The translations under genes were made by a program, and so were the position numbers. A stretch of DNA of 64,000 nt from Methanothrix sp. Its GTDB lineage: Archaea > Halobacteriota > Methanosarcinia > Methanotrichales > Methanotrichaceae. The DNA lies in NCBI GenBank assembly GCA_040770465.1, contig JAXGJB010000003.1, positions 1 to 64,000 on the forward strand. Reading direction: 5' to 3'. This document shows positions 60,236 to 64,000 of the stretch, in pieces (position 1 is the stretch's first letter; every line of letters begins with the position of its first letter). The notes under the pieces were generated by a model, which had not been told where the DNA came from, did not search any database, and saw only the letters and a list, made by a program, of their open reading frames with translations.

Positions 60236-61366
60236 TCACCAGCCAGAGCATATCTCTATCGCCCGCAGAAGGTCTGAGCGGGAGACGATTCCGACGAGCT
60301 GGCCGTCCTCCATCACGGGAAGCCTCCTGATCTGCCGCTCCATCATCTTCTTCATCGCCTCGGCGGCATCGGCGCCCGGCTCGATGACGTATATCGCCTT
60401 CACCATCACCTCCCTCACCGTGGTGGTGCCCCTATTCTCCTCGGGGACCTTCTGGACGTCGGATATCGTCACGATCCCCGCGAGCTTCCCGTCCTCCATC
60501 ACCGGGTATCCCCGATGCTTCTCGCGGAACATGAGGCTCATAATCTCCGGGAGGGTCGTCTCGGGGGAGACGGTCCGAAGCTCCCTCGACATTATGTCTC
60601 TCACCTTCACCCCCTCCAGGGGGACGACGATGGCCGTCGACCTATCCTCGTCGCTGGCGGCGATGTAGATGAAGAATGCTATGACCACCAGGAGGATGCC
60701 GCCTCCGAAGAGCCCCAAAAATCCCATCAGGATTGCGAAGAACTTGCCGATGTTTGCGGCCCGTCTCGTCGCCTCGACGTAGGGCATTCTGGACGCAAAC
60801 CAGGCCCGGAGGACTCTGCCCCCGTCCATGGGGAAGGCTGGAAGGAGGTTGAAGACCATCAGGACGATGTTGATCACCCCCAGGGTCCAGAGGAGGGTGG
60901 TGAGGGGGTTGCCTCCACCGAGGAGGAGGGCCGACTGGAAGCTCAGAAGGGTGCATCCGACCCCGATGATCCCGCTGACGCTGGGGCCGGCCACCGCCAT
61001 CCTCGCCTCCATGCTGGGATTTCGCGGAATATCCTCCATCGAGGCGACTCCGCCGAAGATGTAGAGGGTTATGCTCCTGATCTTGATGCCGTAACGCATA
61101 GCGACGAAGGAGTGGCCCAGCTCGTGGAGGGCGACGCAGAGGAAGAGGAGGAGGGAGAAGGCGAAGGAGTAGAAGAGCCTGGTCCCGGAGGGCTCGACGG
61201 CTCCAAACCCGTAGGCGAAATCGTAGACATCGCCGAAGAGGGATACGCTGGTGGGCTGGGTGAATGTCGAAAAAACGTAGGCTACGAAGGGTATGATCAG
61301 AAGGAAGGTGATGTGGAGTCTTATGGGGATTCCGGCGATCCTGCCGATCTGGAGGGCGGAGCTCAT
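60236..61366 (-). CDS. Site-2 protease (M50) with CBS pair
   Basis: 'HELGH', 'NLLPAFPMDGGR' and two CBS domains. Confidence 0.93.
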   Translation of the reverse strand: MSSALQIGRIAGIPIRLHITFLLIIPFVAYVFSTFTQPTSVSLFGDVYDFAYGFGAVEPSGTRLFYSFAFSLLLFLCVALHELGHSFVAMRYGIKIRSITLYIFGGVASMEDIPRNPSMEARMAVAGPSVSGIIGVGCTLLSFQSALLLGGGNPLTTLLWTLGVINIVLMVFNLLPAFPMDGGRVLRAWFASRMPYVEATRRAANIGKFFAILMGFLGLFGGGILLVVIAFFIYIAASDEDRSTAIVVPLEGVKVRDIMSRELRTVSPETTLPEIMSLMFREKHRGYPVMEDGKLAGIVTISDVQKVPEENRGTTTVREVMVKAIYVIEPGADAAEAMKKMMERQIRRLPVMEDGQLVGIVSRSDLLRAIEICSGW

Positions 61367-61516
61367 GATCTGAAACTCATCCTGCCAGTTAATATCTTTT
61401 TTGAGGGGTTGGACCAGGGACGCTTCCTTCCGGCTGTCGCGGGCTCCTCCTCCTCCTCCGATCCCTCGGCATGGAGCGCAAGGATCGCGCACATTTCACC
61501 ATATCCATACCCTTTT

Positions 61517-61544
61517 GTAATACTACAATGGAAATAGTTATAAC
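61517..61544. promoter_or_regulatory. NikR-like operator GTAATA-N16-TATAAC overlapping the TATA box
   Basis: Near-palindromic arms (one mismatch to TATTAC) upstream of the metal-type binding protein. Confidence 0.5.
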
Positions 61545-61630
61545 CAATCCCCACTATTCTCCCCCGGCGGTGACCGGCCCTCCCTCAGACATCGGAGATC
61601 TGTTTCCGGGGAAGCCGCCCAAATCGGAGG

Positions 61631-62884
61631 ATGGGTATCATGAAGATCGTATCAGCGTTGACGCTCTCATCAGTTCTGTTTCTGCTTCTGGCGGCAGGGC
61701 CCTCGATGGCCGGGGATCGCATCCTCAACATCTTCGGCAACGCCAATGGTGACGAGGTCGTAGACGAGGAGGACATCGCCCTCATCGAGGCGATGATCAA
61801 CGGTTCGGAGCCCAGGACCGAGCTTGCCGACGCCGACATCGACGGCGACGTCGACCGCGACGACCTGGTCCGGGTCGAGGAGATCATCCGGGGCGACCCG
61901 ACACAGATCGCCCTCATCGACTCGGTGGGCAGGGTCGTGACGGCGGAGGTCCCGGTGGAGAGGATAATTCCCCTCAACATGCGCCACGCCACCGCCGTCA
62001 TCGTCCTTGGAGGCGAGGATAAGATCGTGGGCGTGGACACCACCGTCCAGGATCGAGAACTCTTATTCGGCTACCTCAGTGCAGTGGAGTCCGTTGGCAA
62101 CACCAAGGAGCCGGACCTGGAGACGATAGTCTCCCTTGAGCCTGATCTTGTCATCACCTTCACCCATCTCGGGGCTACAGACCAGCTGGACGAGAACCTT
62201 CCCTCGGAGACGGCCCTGGTCCGGTTCGATCTCTCTCGGGCCGACGGCATCAAAGAGGAGATGATGCTTCTCGGCTACCTCATCGGCGATAGAGACGCAG
62301 CGAGGGGGTACCAGGAGTGGTACGACCGGTACATGGGGACTGTCGAGGAGAGGGTCTCAGCCATCCCCGAAGAGGACCGGGTGAGGGTCTTCATGGAGCG
62401 GGAGAGCGCCGACCGGGAAGCCTCCGTCCGGTGGGCTTACGCCAGCGATACCGGGTACACCGACCTCTGCGACGTCGCTGGAGGCGTCAACATCGGAAGG
62501 GAGAAGATCGATTATAACGGAGACGTCGAGGCGGAGTGGGTGATGGAGGAGAACCCCGCCGTGATCATCGGCCTCTCTTACAGCGGCGGCTACCAGGCGG
62601 AGAACGCCTCCCTCCTCGGGGCCTACAGAGACGGGATCATGACCGCCCCAGGCTTTGATCTCATCGACGCCGTAAAAGACGGCCGGGTCCACGTCATATC
62701 CGGCGACTTCTCCCTCGGACCCCAGATGACCATCGGGACCGTCGTCGTCGCCAAGTGGCTCTACCCTGAGCTGTTCGCCGACCTCGACCCCGAGGCGATC
62801 CACCAGGAGTTTCTGCAAGACCTGATGCACGTCGACTACGACCTCGCCGAGCACGGTGCCTTCGTCTACCCGCCGATGGAGTGA
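61631..62884 (+). CDS. ABC substrate-binding protein (Fe-siderophore/cobalamin class) with N-terminal dockerin-like repeats
   Basis: 'GNANGDEVVDEED', 'ADADIDGDVDRDD', 'IDSVGRVV', 'EPDLETIVSLEPDLVI' and 'AKWLYPELF'. Confidence 0.88.
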   Translation: MGIMKIVSALTLSSVLFLLLAAGPSMAGDRILNIFGNANGDEVVDEEDIALIEAMINGSEPRTELADADIDGDVDRDDLVRVEEIIRGDPTQIALIDSVGRVVTAEVPVERIIPLNMRHATAVIVLGGEDKIVGVDTTVQDRELLFGYLSAVESVGNTKEPDLETIVSLEPDLVITFTHLGATDQLDENLPSETALVRFDLSRADGIKEEMMLLGYLIGDRDAARGYQEWYDRYMGTVEERVSAIPEEDRVRVFMERESADREASVRWAYASDTGYTDLCDVAGGVNIGREKIDYNGDVEAEWVMEENPAVIIGLSYSGGYQAENASLLGAYRDGIMTAPGFDLIDAVKDGRVHVISGDFSLGPQMTIGTVVVAKWLYPELFADLDPEAIHQEFLQDLMHVDYDLAEHGAFVYPPME

Positions 62885-62900
62885 AGATGCACGAGCCTTT

Positions 62901-63449
62901 TCATCCGACGCCGACGATCCGCCTGATCATGGCGCTGTGCTCCACCATGCAGGCGACGATGTAGGCCTCTTCGAGGGTCGCGCCTATGGCGAAGACCCCG
63001 TGACCCCGGACGATGCAGGCTCTGCTCCCCGAAAGGGCGTTCGAGGCGGTCCTCGCGAGATCGCGGCTTCCCATCTCCCCCTCGACGATGGGGACGGTCC
63101 CCAGGAACCGGGCCCCTTCGCCGTCCATCGGCTCAAAGGGCCCCTCCTCCAAAATCGACGTCGCCACGGCGTAGGGGGAGTGGGTGTGGATGACGGCCCC
63201 GGCCGCCGTCTTCTCGTAGATGGCCCGGTGGACGACGGTCTCGCAGCTGGCGAGGGCGTCTTCGGGGCAGGGTCCCGATCTGGTGACGGCGATCAGCTGG
63301 TCGGGTGTAAGCTCGTCGAGGATCGATCCGGCCGACGTGATAAGGATCATCACGTCGGAGAGGACGCTTATGTTACCGAAATGGGCGTAGGTCAGGCCGG
63401 ATGAGACGAGCTTTTTGCCGAACCTCATCATCTCTTTCTTTTGGTCCAT
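62901..63449 (-). CDS. Class II aldolase/adducin family protein
   Basis: 'GNIS', 'ASCE...HRAIY', 'IHTHS' and 'RGHG'. Confidence 0.9.
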   Translation of the reverse strand: MDQKKEMMRFGKKLVSSGLTYAHFGNISVLSDVMILITSAGSILDELTPDQLIAVTRSGPCPEDALASCETVVHRAIYEKTAAGAVIHTHSPYAVATSILEEGPFEPMDGEGARFLGTVPIVEGEMGSRDLARTASNALSGSRACIVRGHGVFAIGATLEEAYIVACMVEHSAMIRRIVGVG

Positions 63450-63458
63450 AGGCCACCC

Positions 63459-64000
63459 TCACTCCAGATCGAAGGGGACTGCCATCGTCCCCACCCCGCC
63501 GAACTGATCTTTCGCCTCCACTGCGATCGAGTATTCGCCGGGGTCCCAGAACCTCGTCTCCCAGCGACCTGTGTAGACTCCGTTTCCGTCGATGTCCCCC
63601 ATGGGAATTCTGATATCCCTATTCTCGCCGACGACGTAGACCTCCACCTCGGAGGCGTCTCCGGAGATTCCAGCCTCGACGGTGACGGGGTCACCGACCA
63701 CTCCCGCCGATCTGCTGAGGGCGAGGCTGCGGACCTCGGGTCCGGTCGGGTCGTCGGCATCCTCCACCATGGAGAGGGCAGAGGAGAGGTTTATGGCTCC
63801 GTATCCGTAGGTGTTGTCGAAGCCCGACGGTCCGATGTCGTCGGCGGAGATCAAAAGGGCCCTCTTCACCCCGGCGGGATCGAGGCTCGGCTGCTTCTGG
63901 AGGATCACCGCGGCGGCCCCCGCCGCCTGGGGTGCCGCCATGGACGTCCCCTCCATGACGCTCTCCCCATGGAGGGTTCCAGACCGAGCAGAGGTGACGT
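63459..64000 (-). CDS. S8 subtilase, C-terminal part (5' end outside the window)
   Basis: 'GTSMAAP', 'YGYG' and a following Ig-like domain. The frame is open to the window edge. Confidence 0.85.
   Translation of the reverse strand, partial: VTSARSGTLHGESVMEGTSMAAPQAAGAAAVILQKQPSLDPAGVKRALLISADDIGPSGFDNTYGYGAINLSSALSMVEDADDPTGPEVRSLALSRSAGVVGDPVTVEAGISGDASEVEVYVVGENRDIRIPMGDIDGNGVYTGRWETRFWDPGEYSIAVEAKDQFGGVGTMAVPFDLE

Overview
Archaeal chromosome segment, most consistent with a high-GC Methanosarcinales methanogen (Methanothrix/Methanocrinis-like). This is inferred from the pantoate kinase/phosphopantothenate synthetase pathway, Trm56, F420:NADPH reductase, an intron-containing tRNA-Met and a duplicated-domain S-layer protein. 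Most of the window is housekeeping: nrdD, paaK, trm56, a RecJ-like DHH nuclease, iscU, ade, uvrA, the coaBC-PoK-PPS operon, pyrG, tsr3, valS, cyaB, PSH, trm1 and npdG. It also carries many secreted or surface proteins, including three predicted proteases. Three AT-rich accessory patches interrupt this backbone. (1) Positions 1-4100 hold a DUF262+HEPN pair and an AbiE-like type IV toxin-antitoxin (TA) pair with a visible operator array. (2) Positions 37.8-39.7 kb hold a pentapeptide-repeat pseudogene and an orphan membrane protein. (3) Positions 49.6-51.9 kb hold a stand-alone SIR2 gene bracketed by a 10-bp direct repeat, followed by a truncated ATPase. Features not resolved by the ORF track include two micro-ORFs flanking a highly structured 200-nt element (16.1-16.7 kb), two candidate sRNAs with C-rich loops (21.3 and 57.9 kb), a probable CTG start for pantoate kinase, a single-base frameshift in uvrA and NikR-like operators. 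All family calls come from motif recognition by eye; no database search was run.
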